Below, piece by piece: positions 28,875-39,412 of a DNA stretch of 64,000 bases. The stretch is from a virus. The number at the start of each line of letters is the position of its first letter. The stretch's first letter is position 1. The notes beneath the pieces are model-generated. The model had not been told where the DNA came from. It made no database searches and saw nothing but the letters and a program-made list of their open reading frames with translations. Location: positions 1 to 64,000 of IMG/VR virus record IMGVR_UViG_3300021093_000054, one strand, 5' to 3'. The translations under genes were made by a program, and so were the position numbers.

Positions 28875-30407
28875 TTAATTAATCCTCATAACGATATATT
28901 CAGTACTATTGATTGTTATTTCTTCATATTGACCATCGTAACCATTAAGAGTTTCACCATAGTCGGCATTATTTTTTAAATCTTCTTTGAGTTCTTCCAA
29001 ATCCATAAAATCTGAAAAATCTGTATAACCCATATCTCTTAAAAAACTTAATGCGTCTCTTTCTATATCATCCAAATAGTTTTCAACGGCTTCTCCAATA
29101 TCGTCATCACTTGGGTCACCATCTGGATTATCTTTTATTTCTTGTATTTCATATTCAATATCAGATATTCTTTCGTCTCTAGTTTCTTCTTGTTCTTCTG
29201 TGTCTTCATCGTCATAAATTTGATGTGGTGAAACAACGGCACCATTTTTATATAAAACCCAATGACTTCTTGACGAGTCGTTACTTGTATTTTTATATTG
29301 AAACCTATTACCTTCGGAATCTTCAAAATCAAAAACATTACCATCTTCTTTTGTAGGTAATGAAATTGGTGCTCTCACACCTTCATATTCATAAACCCAT
29401 TTTTCCATTTCAAGTAACCAAATTTCTTCTTCTTGGTCATCACTTAGTTGGTTTTCAACACCATACGAATCTGGAGAATCCCTAACCCATTCTTCAACAG
29501 CGTCTTCAAAATAATCTTTAACCTTTTCTGAATCAATGTAGTTGGATAAATAATCTTTACTGAAATAATCATTTGGCCTATCTAACATATCTTCATAATA
29601 TGCCTCAACAGAATCTTCAACTTCACTCATTGTTCCAACGGCATATTCATAACCAGTTGATAATGATTCAAAAGATGTCATATCATAGTGTGTTCCATAT
29701 GGGTATAAATCATAGACATCAGTTTTATCATCTGTTAAAGTTTCAATTTCTTCTTCAATTTCATCTATTTTTTCTTGCAATTCATCATACTTTTCATCAT
29801 AATCTTCTAGTTCGGTACTAAGATTTGATTGTTCTTCTTCTAATTCTTCTAATCTATTTTTTAATTCTTGTAGTTCTTCTTTTTCGTCACTATCCAAATA
29901 ATTTAGTTCATTCCTATCTGTTGCATATATAAATGCCGCGTGTGCTTTTTCGCCTTCTTCGTTAGTATCATTTAAATTCCATTCGTTTTCTTCTCTTCTA
30001 ACTTCCTGTTCATCAAATTTTGCTTTTTGTTTTCTTGCCGCAATTACTTTTTCATATGGTGTTGACCAGTATCTTTTAGATCCGAATACTTCAACATTAT
30101 CTAATGATTTTATTTTTGTATGTGATATATCGATATTTCCATTGACTTTAATTGGTCCCAAATCTGTAAGATGTATTTCATTTTTGAATGGTTGAAAATC
30201 TAAGGACCCGTCAATGACAAGTTTTTTTCCTCTAAACGCTCTTAGTTTTGGTATTAAGTTTGCTTGATAATAAACATTTTTTAATAAGACATAGTATTCT
30301 TCTGGTGAAATTACAATTTCTTGTTCACCTTGTTCACTTTGTTCTTTAATTATGTTTTTAATCAACTTAATTAGATTTGACTCTGTCAATTTCAAAACTT
30401 TTTTCAT
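28875..30407 (-). CDS. Highly acidic protein with MKKVLKLTESNL leader
   Basis: Start moved to ATG 30407, downstream of TATTTAT (30414-30420). Confidence 0.75.
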   Translation of the reverse strand: MKKVLKLTESNLIKLIKNIIKEQSEQGEQEIVISPEEYYVLLKNVYYQANLIPKLRAFRGKKLVIDGSLDFQPFKNEIHLTDLGPIKVNGNIDISHTKIKSLDNVEVFGSKRYWSTPYEKVIAARKQKAKFDEQEVRREENEWNLNDTNEEGEKAHAAFIYATDRNELNYLDSDEKEELQELKNRLEELEEEQSNLSTELEDYDEKYDELQEKIDEIEEEIETLTDDKTDVYDLYPYGTHYDMTSFESLSTGYEYAVGTMSEVEDSVEAYYEDMLDRPNDYFSKDYLSNYIDSEKVKDYFEDAVEEWVRDSPDSYGVENQLSDDQEEEIWLLEMEKWVYEYEGVRAPISLPTKEDGNVFDFEDSEGNRFQYKNTSNDSSRSHWVLYKNGAVVSPHQIYDDEDTEEQEETRDERISDIEYEIQEIKDNPDGDPSDDDIGEAVENYLDDIERDALSFLRDMGYTDFSDFMDLEELKEDLKNNADYGETLNGYDGQYEEITINSTEYIVMRIN

Positions 30408-30490
30408 ACAACAATAAATACCCAAAACTTTACAAATATGAATGTTTGAAGATATTTATATAGAAATAAACCTAATAAAAACAAATTATT

Positions 30491-30640
30491 ATGGGATGTG
30501 GTTGTAAGAACAAAGGAAACCAAGCGGCAGCACCTCAACAAGCAACAAGAACTGAACCGGCACCAAAACCAGCTGTTCAGAATCAAACTGTACAAGAGTC
30601 TGTTAAAAAAGTAATCGAAAAGTATTACAATAAAAAATAA
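30491..30640 (+). CDS. Small protein MGCGCK... (49 aa, not in ORF track)
   Basis: MGCGCKNKGNQAAAPQQATRTEPAPKPAVQNQTVQESVKKVIEKYYNKK; upstream TATTTAT, downstream terminator. Confidence 0.75.
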   Translation: MGCGCKNKGNQAAAPQQATRTEPAPKPAVQNQTVQESVKKVIEKYYNKK

Positions 30641-30663
30641 TTTCCTTTGGCCAAAGAAAAATT

Positions 30664-30692
30664 AAGGGTGGAAAATTTTTCCACCTTTTTTT
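30664..30692 (+). terminator. Intrinsic terminator
   Basis: GGTGGAAA/TTTCCACC stem plus T-run. Confidence 0.75.
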
Positions 30693-30705
30693 GTATTTAT
30701 AAGAT

Positions 30706-31830
30706 ATGGCAAAATTAGATCAATTTCTTGAGTGGTTCCACGATGGTAGAGAATATTATTACAATAATTTATTAAACACATTTCAAACGACTCGTAAATT
30801 TCTCCAAACCGTAATTAAATATGGTGAACAAGACAATATTGATATTTCATATATTCCATCTAGTGAATTTGAAGAAGATGAAGGATTATTTGACTTTTTA
30901 GCTGAAAATGGTTTTTTAGATGATATAAAATATGGAGATTTAGAAGACCATTTAAGAAATTATTATCTTCTTTGGTTGATGAATAAAGATGAAATCGGAT
31001 GTTTGAAATTTATATGTGATAATATCCTTACAGATGTTGAACCAAGAGATGATGGGTACTGGTTAAGGTTAAGGGATAGAGAAGAACTTGCTGATTTTTT
31101 TAGAAGTAGTAGTAGAAGAAGTGACTATGATTTACAAGATATTGCAAAACAAGTATTAGGTGATGGTCTTGATTATGATAGATATTGGAATACAACTGAT
31201 GATGTTTATAGAGATGTTATTGAAGAACTGGATGAAAAAAATATTCGAACTCTTGCAAATTACATTTTAGGAAGTATTGGAAATATCGATTTAAATACTG
31301 ATGATTATAATTCAGATTTTTTTGAAGAATTGGCTCAAATACAAGCTCGTGATGGTGTATTTCAAATTACCCAGGATAATGTAATGTCTTTAATTAAAGA
31401 TGATGACGCTATGAATGAATTAATGAATGGTAAGGATTTATCTGATTTGAAAAGTGATTTATATTCAATACATAGTAATGCTTATAACAGTACTTATGAA
31501 AATACGATATATAGTCAAGTTATGGAAGGGCTTAAAGAATATTTTTCATCCCCAATTGATGTAGTTGCAACAAAAGTTGGTGAAAAAACAAAATATATTT
31601 CATACATTAAAATTCGTGATTTCTACGGTAATGTTATGAAATTTATTGAAGGAAATCTTGGTGGTGGTTGGAATGAAAGTGTTTTAGAATACTTTGGTTC
31701 ATATACAGGAATGATGAATCAACTATTCAGAGAAGATGTTTATGAACCAATTGATTTTAGAATCGATGACTATCCAGATTATAGAGAAGTTGACAAAGCA
31801 ATAAATGATTACTTCAGTGACTACATTTAA
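30706..31830 (+). CDS. Acidic hypothetical protein
   Basis: Long ORF preceded by TATTTAT. Confidence 0.75.
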   Translation: MAKLDQFLEWFHDGREYYYNNLLNTFQTTRKFLQTVIKYGEQDNIDISYIPSSEFEEDEGLFDFLAENGFLDDIKYGDLEDHLRNYYLLWLMNKDEIGCLKFICDNILTDVEPRDDGYWLRLRDREELADFFRSSSRRSDYDLQDIAKQVLGDGLDYDRYWNTTDDVYRDVIEELDEKNIRTLANYILGSIGNIDLNTDDYNSDFFEELAQIQARDGVFQITQDNVMSLIKDDDAMNELMNGKDLSDLKSDLYSIHSNAYNSTYENTIYSQVMEGLKEYFSSPIDVVATKVGEKTKYISYIKIRDFYGNVMKFIEGNLGGGWNESVLEYFGSYTGMMNQLFREDVYEPIDFRIDDYPDYREVDKAINDYFSDYI

Positions 31831-31882
31831 CAACTATTTATAAATTAAATTAAAACTTGTATCCATTATAAAAAAATGGAAT

Positions 31883-32578
31883 ATGAGAAAAATTAACAAA
31901 AATTCAAGAAGAGGTATTGTAAACCTATTTGCCGATTTTATTCTTACAAGAATAGATAAAAAAGAAAATTCAATTATCCAGGTAACAGATTGTGAATCAT
32001 TTATGGTTATCCACGGACAAACAACATCAAAAGACGTATTGGATTTAGATAAAATTAAAACAGACTTTTTTGAGTGGTTTAAAGATATTTTAGATGTGGT
32101 TGGAATAAAACAGATTAATACTTTAGATATTATCCGTTACGACCAGGAAATCAACAACATTGAAAAGGGTTGGATTAATGTAAATAAAGAAGTGTTCGTT
32201 GAAGAAGATGAACCTATTCACGAACTTAATGTATCTTCTGAATTTCCATACGGTTACAGTTTAAATTGTGGTAGACTTATGACTTATTATTCACACTATG
32301 TTTTTAATCATATGTATAGTCTTATGGGTGTTGACAGTTTGAAATTTTATTTCACAAAAGAAGAAGATGAAAATGAAGATTTAAAAATTAAAATTATATC
32401 TGATTCTAAATATAACAAAGACATTATCAAATCTTTAGTACTTGACGTATTTTCTTTTGATTTAGAAGACTTTAAAGAATATGTTAAGGATTATGACCTT
32501 TTACAAGACATCTTATTTCCTGGTAAAGATAAACCATATACAAAACAAGATAAGTTAGAACACATAATAGTATTCTAA
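31883..32578 (+). CDS. Degenerate S-adenosylmethionine synthetase (MetK)-like protein
   Basis: ADFIL...FMVIHGQTTSKDVLDLDKI and FPYGYS resemble MetK N-terminal/central segments; catalytic motifs absent. Confidence 0.45.
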   Translation: MRKINKNSRRGIVNLFADFILTRIDKKENSIIQVTDCESFMVIHGQTTSKDVLDLDKIKTDFFEWFKDILDVVGIKQINTLDIIRYDQEINNIEKGWINVNKEVFVEEDEPIHELNVSSEFPYGYSLNCGRLMTYYSHYVFNHMYSLMGVDSLKFYFTKEEDENEDLKIKIISDSKYNKDIIKSLVLDVFSFDLEDFKEYVKDYDLLQDILFPGKDKPYTKQDKLEHIIVF

Positions 32579-32582
32579 AAAG

Positions 32583-32610
32583 AAACCCCACCTTTTGAGT
32601 GGGGTTTTTT
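32583..32610. terminator. Bidirectional terminator between convergent genes
   Basis: AAACCCCAC/GTGGGGTTT stem with A and T tails. Confidence 0.75.
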
Positions 32611-32612
32611 AT

Positions 32613-32897
32613 TTAATCAATTAAAAATCCTTTTATTATTTCAAAACCTTCATTGATATCGTCAAAGTCTCTATCTGGTGCAAAAAGTTCTGTATTTGGG
32701 TTATCTTCTGGAGATTCAATCAACATAAAAGCCGGAACATATTCATTACCTGTTACTTCAACAAATAAATCGTATTCCGCTTCGTGTTCGTGAATATCTC
32801 GATCAACATATGGAATATTTTCTTTATCCAACATTTCTTTTAGGTCCACACAGAAAGGACAACCTTTCATTGTGAATAACACTGCTAACTTATCCAT
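32613..32897 (-). CDS. Glutaredoxin-like protein
   Basis: CPFC and VP motifs. Confidence 0.85.
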   Translation of the reverse strand: MDKLAVLFTMKGCPFCVDLKEMLDKENIPYVDRDIHEHEAEYDLFVEVTGNEYVPAFMLIESPEDNPNTELFAPDRDFDDINEGFEIIKGFLID

Positions 32898-33207
32898 TAA
32901 TTAATTCTGTTACTAATCCGTTTATTTGTCCTTCACTTAACATACCAACTCTCGTTTCAATAACTTGTCCTGCATTAAATATTTTTACAGTTGGGATGCT
33001 TCTAACACCAAGGGCTGCACTTACTTCTTGATTTAAATCGACATTCATTGTGTACATTTTAACATCTGAAGTATTTTGATTTGCTACTTTTTCAAAAGCT
33101 GGTTTCATCATACGACAAGGTCCACACCATTCTGCCCAGAATTCAACAATAACTTTCTTTCCGGCATTAATTTCATTTTGTAAGTCAACACTACTAATTT
33201 CCATCAC
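32890..33207 (-). CDS. trxA: Thioredoxin
   Basis: FWAEWCGPC, VRSIPT. Confidence 0.92.
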   Translation of the reverse strand: MMEISSVDLQNEINAGKKVIVEFWAEWCGPCRMMKPAFEKVANQNTSDVKMYTMNVDLNQEVSAALGVRSIPTVKIFNAGQVIETRVGMLSEGQINGLVTELING

Positions 33208-33547
33208 TTTCTTTTAATTTTAATAAATTTTTTATGAAGAACTTTGTTTCTTCTATTTTATCTGGTTCAAAATAAACCTTTATTTGGTAGAATGTTTCCA
33301 TCCCATCCTTTCTTGATAAATATACAAAAATTCCGGATTTGTTTTTTAAGATTGCATCAGTATATGTTAATCCATCTTCATACATATTAATATCACAATA
33401 TTCTAATGTAAATTTTTTTTCAATAAGAAGTTCTGGTGATATTTTAACTTTGGCAAACACTCGGCTCTTTGAATAAAGTTTTCCTTCTTTTTCGTACAAT
33501 AATTTAAGGAACTCATCTTCCTTTTCAAAAAACTTTTTAGATTCCAT
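33194..33547 (-). CDS. Hypothetical protein
   Basis: ORF track. Confidence 0.6.
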   Translation of the reverse strand: MESKKFFEKEDEFLKLLYEKEGKLYSKSRVFAKVKISPELLIEKKFTLEYCDINMYEDGLTYTDAILKNKSGIFVYLSRKDGMETFYQIKVYFEPDKIEETKFFIKNLLKLKESDGN

Positions 33548-33591
33548 ATTTCAATATTAAAATGAAGTGGTGAAAAGTCACCACTTTATTA

Positions 33592-34347
33592 TTAAATCAT
33601 TGTTTCAGCCAATTCCCAAAGTTTAGTATTAATATTGTTTTGTGATATAATATTTTCAATACTTTTCATTTTTGTTATTTTACCACGATTGTTTGTTACT
33701 TTAACACCACCACGAATAAGTTTTTCTTGTATTACATTAAAAACTTTCCACATATCATCACCTTCATCATCTTTTCTATTTGGTGTTAACAATCCAAGTA
33801 TTTCTAAATCGGTCAATGTTTTTTCACTATTGAATCTGATTTTAGCCGATTCTCGAACAAAATCAATTTTTTCATCAGTTGTTAATTCACGACGCATCAT
33901 ACGACCAACCGATTGTTCAATCATTGGTAATTTTTTAGAAAATGAATCGGCCAATTGTTTAACATCGTCAAGTTGGAACTGATTATGTCTCATTGTAAAT
34001 TTTTCAGCGACTGCTGTAGGTACTGTTAAACCATTAGAACATACCAATCTAAAAAGACCTGAACCCATGGAAAACGCGGCAGTTCCATTATGTGAATTCC
34101 TAACAATTGCCTCAACTAAAGTGTCACCAATTTTTGGTAATTCACCATTACGGAATTTGATTTCGTGAAGACTATGAATACCCTTACCTGTTTGTTTTAC
34201 TGATGATACCTGCCAACCTTCACGGTCAAAAAATTCAATAACTTCTTCTGTTGGTACAAAAGTATATTTGCCAGTCATTTTTGGTGATGGTGAAGTTGCA
34301 AATACTGATGGTGCTGTAGATTTAATTAATTCTGGGGTGTATAACAT
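33592..34347 (-). CDS. DUF932/DUF945 family protein
   Basis: Y.FVPT, NSHNG, G.FRLVCSNG, W..FN..QE, N..LW. Confidence 0.85.
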   Translation of the reverse strand: MLYTPELIKSTAPSVFATSPSPKMTGKYTFVPTEEVIEFFDREGWQVSSVKQTGKGIHSLHEIKFRNGELPKIGDTLVEAIVRNSHNGTAAFSMGSGLFRLVCSNGLTVPTAVAEKFTMRHNQFQLDDVKQLADSFSKKLPMIEQSVGRMMRRELTTDEKIDFVRESAKIRFNSEKTLTDLEILGLLTPNRKDDEGDDMWKVFNVIQEKLIRGGVKVTNNRGKITKMKSIENIISQNNINTKLWELAETMI

Positions 34348-34415
34348 ATTTTAGATTTTTTTGATTACACTACAAAATTAGTAATTTTTTTTTAATTACA
34401 AAATTTTATATCAAA

Positions 34416-34706
34416 TTAATTTAAAATAATATCACCAAAGCTTGTTTTTTGAATTACTTTATCAAGATATTTTTCTTTTTGTTTTGTAATTTCTGGAATT
34501 TTTAGTTCAACAACAATACTAACAATCTGATTCCTTGAAAGTACAATGTCTTTTCCTTCTTCAAGATTCTTTTCGCACCTTTCTCTTAATTTTTTGTAGA
34601 AATCGTCTTTTTGTAAATCACCAATTAATGTAATTAAATCATTTGGGTTATTTTCAAAGAAATTGACTAACTGAGTTATATAAATTTCTAAATCAACATT
34701 TTTCAT
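34416..34706 (-). CDS. Hypothetical protein
   Basis: ORF track. Confidence 0.6.
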   Translation of the reverse strand: MKNVDLEIYITQLVNFFENNPNDLITLIGDLQKDDFYKKLRERCEKNLEEGKDIVLSRNQIVSIVVELKIPEITKQKEKYLDKVIQKTSFGDIILN

Positions 34707-34738
34707 AAAAAATTTTTAGAATTAAGTTTTTACTAATA

Positions 34739-36709
34739 TCATCCTAATTCTGAACACATGTCAAAATATTCGTCAGGTCTATTTGTGTCCCAAAGTGTTG
34801 CGCCAGGTTCAATACTAAAATAATTTTTTAGTCCGGCTGGTAGATTTTCTTCTTTAAGATTGTCTGAACCAAGAATTGATATAAAGTCTAAACAATAGAT
34901 ATCTGCAATCGATTCTGGTAAAGTTTTTAAATTTTTATTGTTTGTTAAGTTAAGGAACGACAATCTTTTTAAATTTCCAATTTCTTCTGGTAATTCACTA
35001 ATAATATTTTCAAATACCAAAGTTCTAACATTTGTAAATTTAGAAATACTTGATGGTATTTTTATTACAATAGTGTCATCTTTACTTTTATTTTCTATTT
35101 GTAAGAATCTTGTATCTTCCGGAATCAAATCAAATAATTCTTCAAGACCAAACATTCTGGCGTATTTAGCATTTGCGTCAGTTGGGTATGCAATACCAAC
35201 AAAATTTGTTTTAAAGTCAGTTGTAAGTTCGTTTCTATATTTTTGTTTAAGACTTTTTAAGTACGGTCTCATTTCTTTACTTAACACAACTTCGATATCA
35301 TTTTCTGAAAGGTCTTTCAAAGATTTTTGTAATAGTTTTTCTTTCTTCTTTGAAACATAATATGACATTCCACTTGGTGATAAACTTCTTACCATTGCGG
35401 CGCTTAATTCATTTCCAAGACCAATATATTTCTTTTGTAGTTCTTCTGGTAAATTACCAAATATATCTGCACCTTTTTGACCCATACCATTAAAGTCAGG
35501 ACCTCTAAGTTCCATCCATAATTCAATTTCTTGTTCACTTCCAAGTTCTGCTAGAGGGTCTGTTGTTGAAAGGTTGTAGTGTTTATATCTATTTAACTTT
35601 TCCTGGTCTTCTTGTGTATATGGTTTTGCTTCCAAATATTGTTTTTTACCATCTAATACCGGAACTTTTTTAGTAATTTCAGACCAAGGAATTACAGTAG
35701 ATCCAGCATATCTTCCAGAGTTAGAACCATCAGCAAGTCTCATTTCCCCATATCTATCAACCAAAATTACAGTTGCGTAATTCAAATCAGAAGAAGGTAA
35801 ATTTTTATTAATGATATAATAAAGTGTTAGGTTTTGATTCAATCTATAATTGTAATAATAGTTTCCTGAACCTTCCCAAGATGTACACCATCTTCTATCT
35901 GGTGCATGTTTTTTTCTAATGTTAATACACTTATGTTTTTGATCTGGTGCAAATATTAACACATCATCATCTTCATAAGGAATATTAACATCACTTAAAT
36001 CAATTTCTGGAACCGAATATTCACTTTCTTCCATTGGTGTATAACCATCAACAATATGTTCAAATTCTTCAAAATTCATAAACTTACTCAACTTTGAATT
36101 AATTGGTAGAAGTTCAAAGTGTCTAACAAATCTTTTCGCTCTTGGTAAGAAAGTTGTCATTGCATCTTCATCCGGATTTTCTTCGTGGAATTTTTGTGTA
36201 ATTGCAGCAACAAGTTCGTTTATTCCTTGGTTATTAAATTTCGAAAAGTATTTAGCAACTAATTCATTAAGTTCGGTAGGATTAAATGACAATACATCTC
36301 TTTTAAATTCTTTAAGTTTTGGGAAATGTGTTTTAACTTCGAAAAACTTTTTGATATTAAGTTTTGTTAATTGTAAATCAACTTGTACTGTTCCTCTCCA
36401 TTTATTGATATAATCTTGAACCATACCTTCAAGGTCTTTTTTACTTTTTTGTTTTGTAGATTTGTCAGTAATTAATTTTTTAACCTTATCATAGTCGTGT
36501 TTAAAAATGTCTCTATCTTCATTATCAAATGCTGCCTTAAATCTTTCAAAATCGGCAATTGTTTTTCTGATATCTTCTTCAGTATCTTCTGTCTGTTTAG
36601 AAAACTTATCCACAAGTTTTTTAACTGTTGATTCTGGGTATTCTAAAAGTATTTTTTTTGTTTGTAAATTTTCTTTTACAACTTTAGATAGAAGTCCAAG
36701 TAATTCCAT
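34739..36709 (-). CDS. Leader-bearing protein with a WC-motif domain and C-terminal leucine-rich repeats
   Basis: RWCTSW..NYYYNYR; LRRs ISELPEEIGNLKRLSFLNLTNNKNLKTLPESI. Confidence 0.75.
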   Translation of the reverse strand: MELLGLLSKVVKENLQTKKILLEYPESTVKKLVDKFSKQTEDTEEDIRKTIADFERFKAAFDNEDRDIFKHDYDKVKKLITDKSTKQKSKKDLEGMVQDYINKWRGTVQVDLQLTKLNIKKFFEVKTHFPKLKEFKRDVLSFNPTELNELVAKYFSKFNNQGINELVAAITQKFHEENPDEDAMTTFLPRAKRFVRHFELLPINSKLSKFMNFEEFEHIVDGYTPMEESEYSVPEIDLSDVNIPYEDDDVLIFAPDQKHKCINIRKKHAPDRRWCTSWEGSGNYYYNYRLNQNLTLYYIINKNLPSSDLNYATVILVDRYGEMRLADGSNSGRYAGSTVIPWSEITKKVPVLDGKKQYLEAKPYTQEDQEKLNRYKHYNLSTTDPLAELGSEQEIELWMELRGPDFNGMGQKGADIFGNLPEELQKKYIGLGNELSAAMVRSLSPSGMSYYVSKKKEKLLQKSLKDLSENDIEVVLSKEMRPYLKSLKQKYRNELTTDFKTNFVGIAYPTDANAKYARMFGLEELFDLIPEDTRFLQIENKSKDDTIVIKIPSSISKFTNVRTLVFENIISELPEEIGNLKRLSFLNLTNNKNLKTLPESIADIYCLDFISILGSDNLKEENLPAGLKNYFSIEPGATLWDTNRPDEYFDMCSELG

Positions 36710-36803
36710 AAATTATTTTATTTATAAATATTATAAAACATTAAAAAATTAAGTATTTATTGTTTATATGTCAAATCACATCAATTATTATTTAAAATAA
36801 AAA

Positions 36804-36965
36804 ATGGAAAATAAAGAATCAACAAAAGTAGGTTGTCAAGCCTGTAAAACAAATAAAGGTGTTATAAGAACACAAAGATTAGTTTTTACTTTAGGAACTA
36901 TAATATCAGTATTGGCTGTTTATGGTGGTATAAGATTGATTCAAGATATTTCTTCTTTATTTTAA
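36804..36965 (+). CDS. Small membrane protein with CxxC (53 aa, not in ORF track)
   Basis: MENKESTKVGCQACK...LVFTLGTIISVLAVYGGI. Confidence 0.6.
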   Translation: MENKESTKVGCQACKTNKGVIRTQRLVFTLGTIISVLAVYGGIRLIQDISSLF

Positions 36966-37888
36966 TCCCTATGATATTTGACAAATTGGTTAATTAATAA
37001 ATCACCAATAGTTTCTAATTTAAAACCTTTTGATTTAACTCTGAGTGGTTTTGAAGTATCAAATGTCTTTGGAAATTTTATTGTTAAGGGTCCGTCTGGA
37101 TGTGGGATTTCAAAAGATTGTCCTTTTAAATCTTCTAAATCAAAATAAATATCATAAACAAGGTTGTTACCATACTTTTGGAAATTATTTTCTTTTTCCA
37201 ATTGTATTCTAACAATCAAATCACCAAAAATACCATTTCTAAAATCACCCATTGATTGTAATCTCAAAAATTGTCCGTCATCAATGCCGTGTGGTATTTT
37301 CACTTCAACATTTTTCATTTCGTCTTTGGTACCACTTCCAGAACAAACAAAACAAGGGTTTACCAAAACGTGTCCAGAACCACCACAACCATTACATTGC
37401 ATTGAAACCATCTGAATAAACATTCCATTACCCATCTGTTTTAATATTTGTCCAGATCCATTACAAGTCGCACAAACCCTTTTATCACCACCACTTCCAC
37501 TACAAGTATCACAACTTGTTTTTCTTTTGAATGTTATATTTTTCTTCTGACCTAAATATGATTCAAGTGTACCAATATTGACAGTTATATTTGTTGTGTG
37601 TGTTCTTTTTTCTTGTCTTTGATTGAACATAGAATTGAACATTTCCTGGAAAGTGGTTCCAAATCCACCATTCATTCCTGCAAAAGGATTTTTTCTTTCA
37701 ATATCATACCGTTGTCTTTTTTTTTCATCACCAACAATATCGTATGCAACTGAAATTTGTTTGAATAGTTCTTCGTCGCCACCTTTATCCGGATGGTTTT
37801 CTTTAACTAACTTTCTATATGCTTTTTTTATTTCATCTTGTGCTGCAGTTTCTTCAACACCTAATATCGAATAATAATCAGTATTCAT
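36962..37888 (-). CDS. dnaJ: DnaJ chaperone
   Basis: J-domain HPD, four CxxCxGxG repeats, C-terminal domain. Confidence 0.93.
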   Translation of the reverse strand: MNTDYYSILGVEETAAQDEIKKAYRKLVKENHPDKGGDEELFKQISVAYDIVGDEKKRQRYDIERKNPFAGMNGGFGTTFQEMFNSMFNQRQEKRTHTTNITVNIGTLESYLGQKKNITFKRKTSCDTCSGSGGDKRVCATCNGSGQILKQMGNGMFIQMVSMQCNGCGGSGHVLVNPCFVCSGSGTKDEMKNVEVKIPHGIDDGQFLRLQSMGDFRNGIFGDLIVRIQLEKENNFQKYGNNLVYDIYFDLEDLKGQSFEIPHPDGPLTIKFPKTFDTSKPLRVKSKGFKLETIGDLLINQFVKYHRD

Positions 37889-37901
37889 TTATTGTTTCTT
37901 T

Positions 37902-38573
37902 TTGATATTTTTATATAAAGATAAAAAAAATTTTATGAAATATCTAATAGTTCTATTCAAAAATAAAGAAAGGAAAAAAATAATCAAGAAGTTTAAAACC
38001 TATGAAAGGGCTAAAAAATTTTTAGATAATAGAATTTCTAACAATAATATTGTTTTTGATAAACAGATTGAAAATGGTAAGACTTGTAGTTTTGAAATTG
38101 GTCTATTGGAAAAAAATTCAAGTAATTTTGATTTATATTTTGTAAAAGATGAATTAGGTAGACAAGTCAAAGTAGATTTAGATGATTCTGAATATAAAAT
38201 TTTACAGATACAAAAATATCAAATAGAAGAATTAATTTTTGATATTTCAAAAAATAAAAAATTAACAATAGATGAATTCATTTCTAATTATTTAAAACGC
38301 GGTTCAATTAAATTAATATCAAAACTAAATAATAAAATTGTTGTCCAGGATGACGATAATTTTAATTTATTTTCACTTAAGAGTGAAGAAGATTGTTATC
38401 GATTTACCCAAGTATTGCAAACGTATATGTTAGAAAAGAAAAGAGGTGATTGTATTATTGTTTTAGATTCATCTTTACCTCAAAAAAAATACCTTTATTC
38501 TCTTTTAGAGTCCAAAGGTATTTCAAAATCAATTCTATATAAAAAATCAACTACTTTTTTTACTGGTGAATAG
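37902..38573 (+). CDS. Hypothetical protein
   Basis: ORF track; real start probably MKYLIV. Confidence 0.65.
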   Translation: MIFLYKDKKNFMKYLIVLFKNKERKKIIKKFKTYERAKKFLDNRISNNNIVFDKQIENGKTCSFEIGLLEKNSSNFDLYFVKDELGRQVKVDLDDSEYKILQIQKYQIEELIFDISKNKKLTIDEFISNYLKRGSIKLISKLNNKIVVQDDDNFNLFSLKSEEDCYRFTQVLQTYMLEKKRGDCIIVLDSSLPQKKYLYSLLESKGISKSILYKKSTTFFTGE

Positions 38574-38867
38574 TTTTCTTAGTTTAGAAAAAAAAGTTTC
38601 TTTTATGATTTCTTCTTCAATCATTATAGGTTCTTCTTTGTATGAATTTTCCAATATGAAGACAATTTCGGTACCAGATATATCTATTTTAATCTGAGTA
38701 TCATCAATTTTTAAATTTCTAAAATTTGATTTAACAAAATTAAAATCGATTTGGTTTAATTCATATATCAATACAGACTTACTTCTTGGGAATAACCCTT
38801 GAATACCATCAACAATTAAAGCCAACTTTCCTAATGAATCTTCAAAACTGTTTTGATTCTCTGCCAT
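38547..38867 (-). CDS. Hypothetical protein
   Basis: ORF track. Confidence 0.6.
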   Translation of the reverse strand: MAENQNSFEDSLGKLALIVDGIQGLFPRSKSVLIYELNQIDFNFVKSNFRNLKIDDTQIKIDISGTEIVFILENSYKEEPIMIEEEIIKETFFSKLRKLFTSKKSS

Positions 38868-39022
38868 AGTGAAATTTTTTCTTTTTTAATTGGTGTTATT
38901 TCTTCTTTCTTTAATTTTTTAATCTGTTGAATGAAGTTTAATTTTTCTTTTTCTAAACTTTCCTGATCTTTTTTAATTTCATTCATTAACCACTCCATCT
39001 GGTTTTCCTGTTTGGTCTTCAT
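38831..39022 (-). CDS. Hypothetical protein
   Basis: ORF track. Confidence 0.5.
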   Translation of the reverse strand: MKTKQENQMEWLMNEIKKDQESLEKEKLNFIQQIKKLKKEEITPIKKEKISLWQRIKTVLKIH

Positions 39023-39407
39023 CTTCTAACCGTAAATTAAATTCTTTTATATCAAATTTTAAAGTTTGTAATTTGTCTAAGTTTTGTTTTTCAAAAATTT
39101 TCTTCAATTCTTCTACTTTGTTGATAAATAAAACTTCTTTTTCTTCTAATTCTTTATTATAGTCAATAATAGATTTTATATTATTAATTGTTAGTGAAAC
39201 TTCTTTTTCATGGAAATCACTAACAAATGAAATTAGTCTCATATTTGGTTGTGGATTGTCTTGTTCAACAACCTTGCCTTCAACAGTAAACTTTTTTGGT
39301 ATTTTCCAATTTTGTGAAATTTCAACATCAATTGATAAATAACCTTTGAGTTTTCTAATTGATTTCATATAAGGAAATATTTTTTCTAATTCTTTAAAAA
39401 ATGTCAT
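38979..39407 (-). CDS. Hypothetical protein
   Basis: ORF track. Confidence 0.65.
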   Translation of the reverse strand: MTFFKELEKIFPYMKSIRKLKGYLSIDVEISQNWKIPKKFTVEGKVVEQDNPQPNMRLISFVSDFHEKEVSLTINNIKSIIDYNKELEEKEVLFINKVEELKKIFEKQNLDKLQTLKFDIKEFNLRLEDEDQTGKPDGVVNE

Positions 39408-39412
39408 AATTT

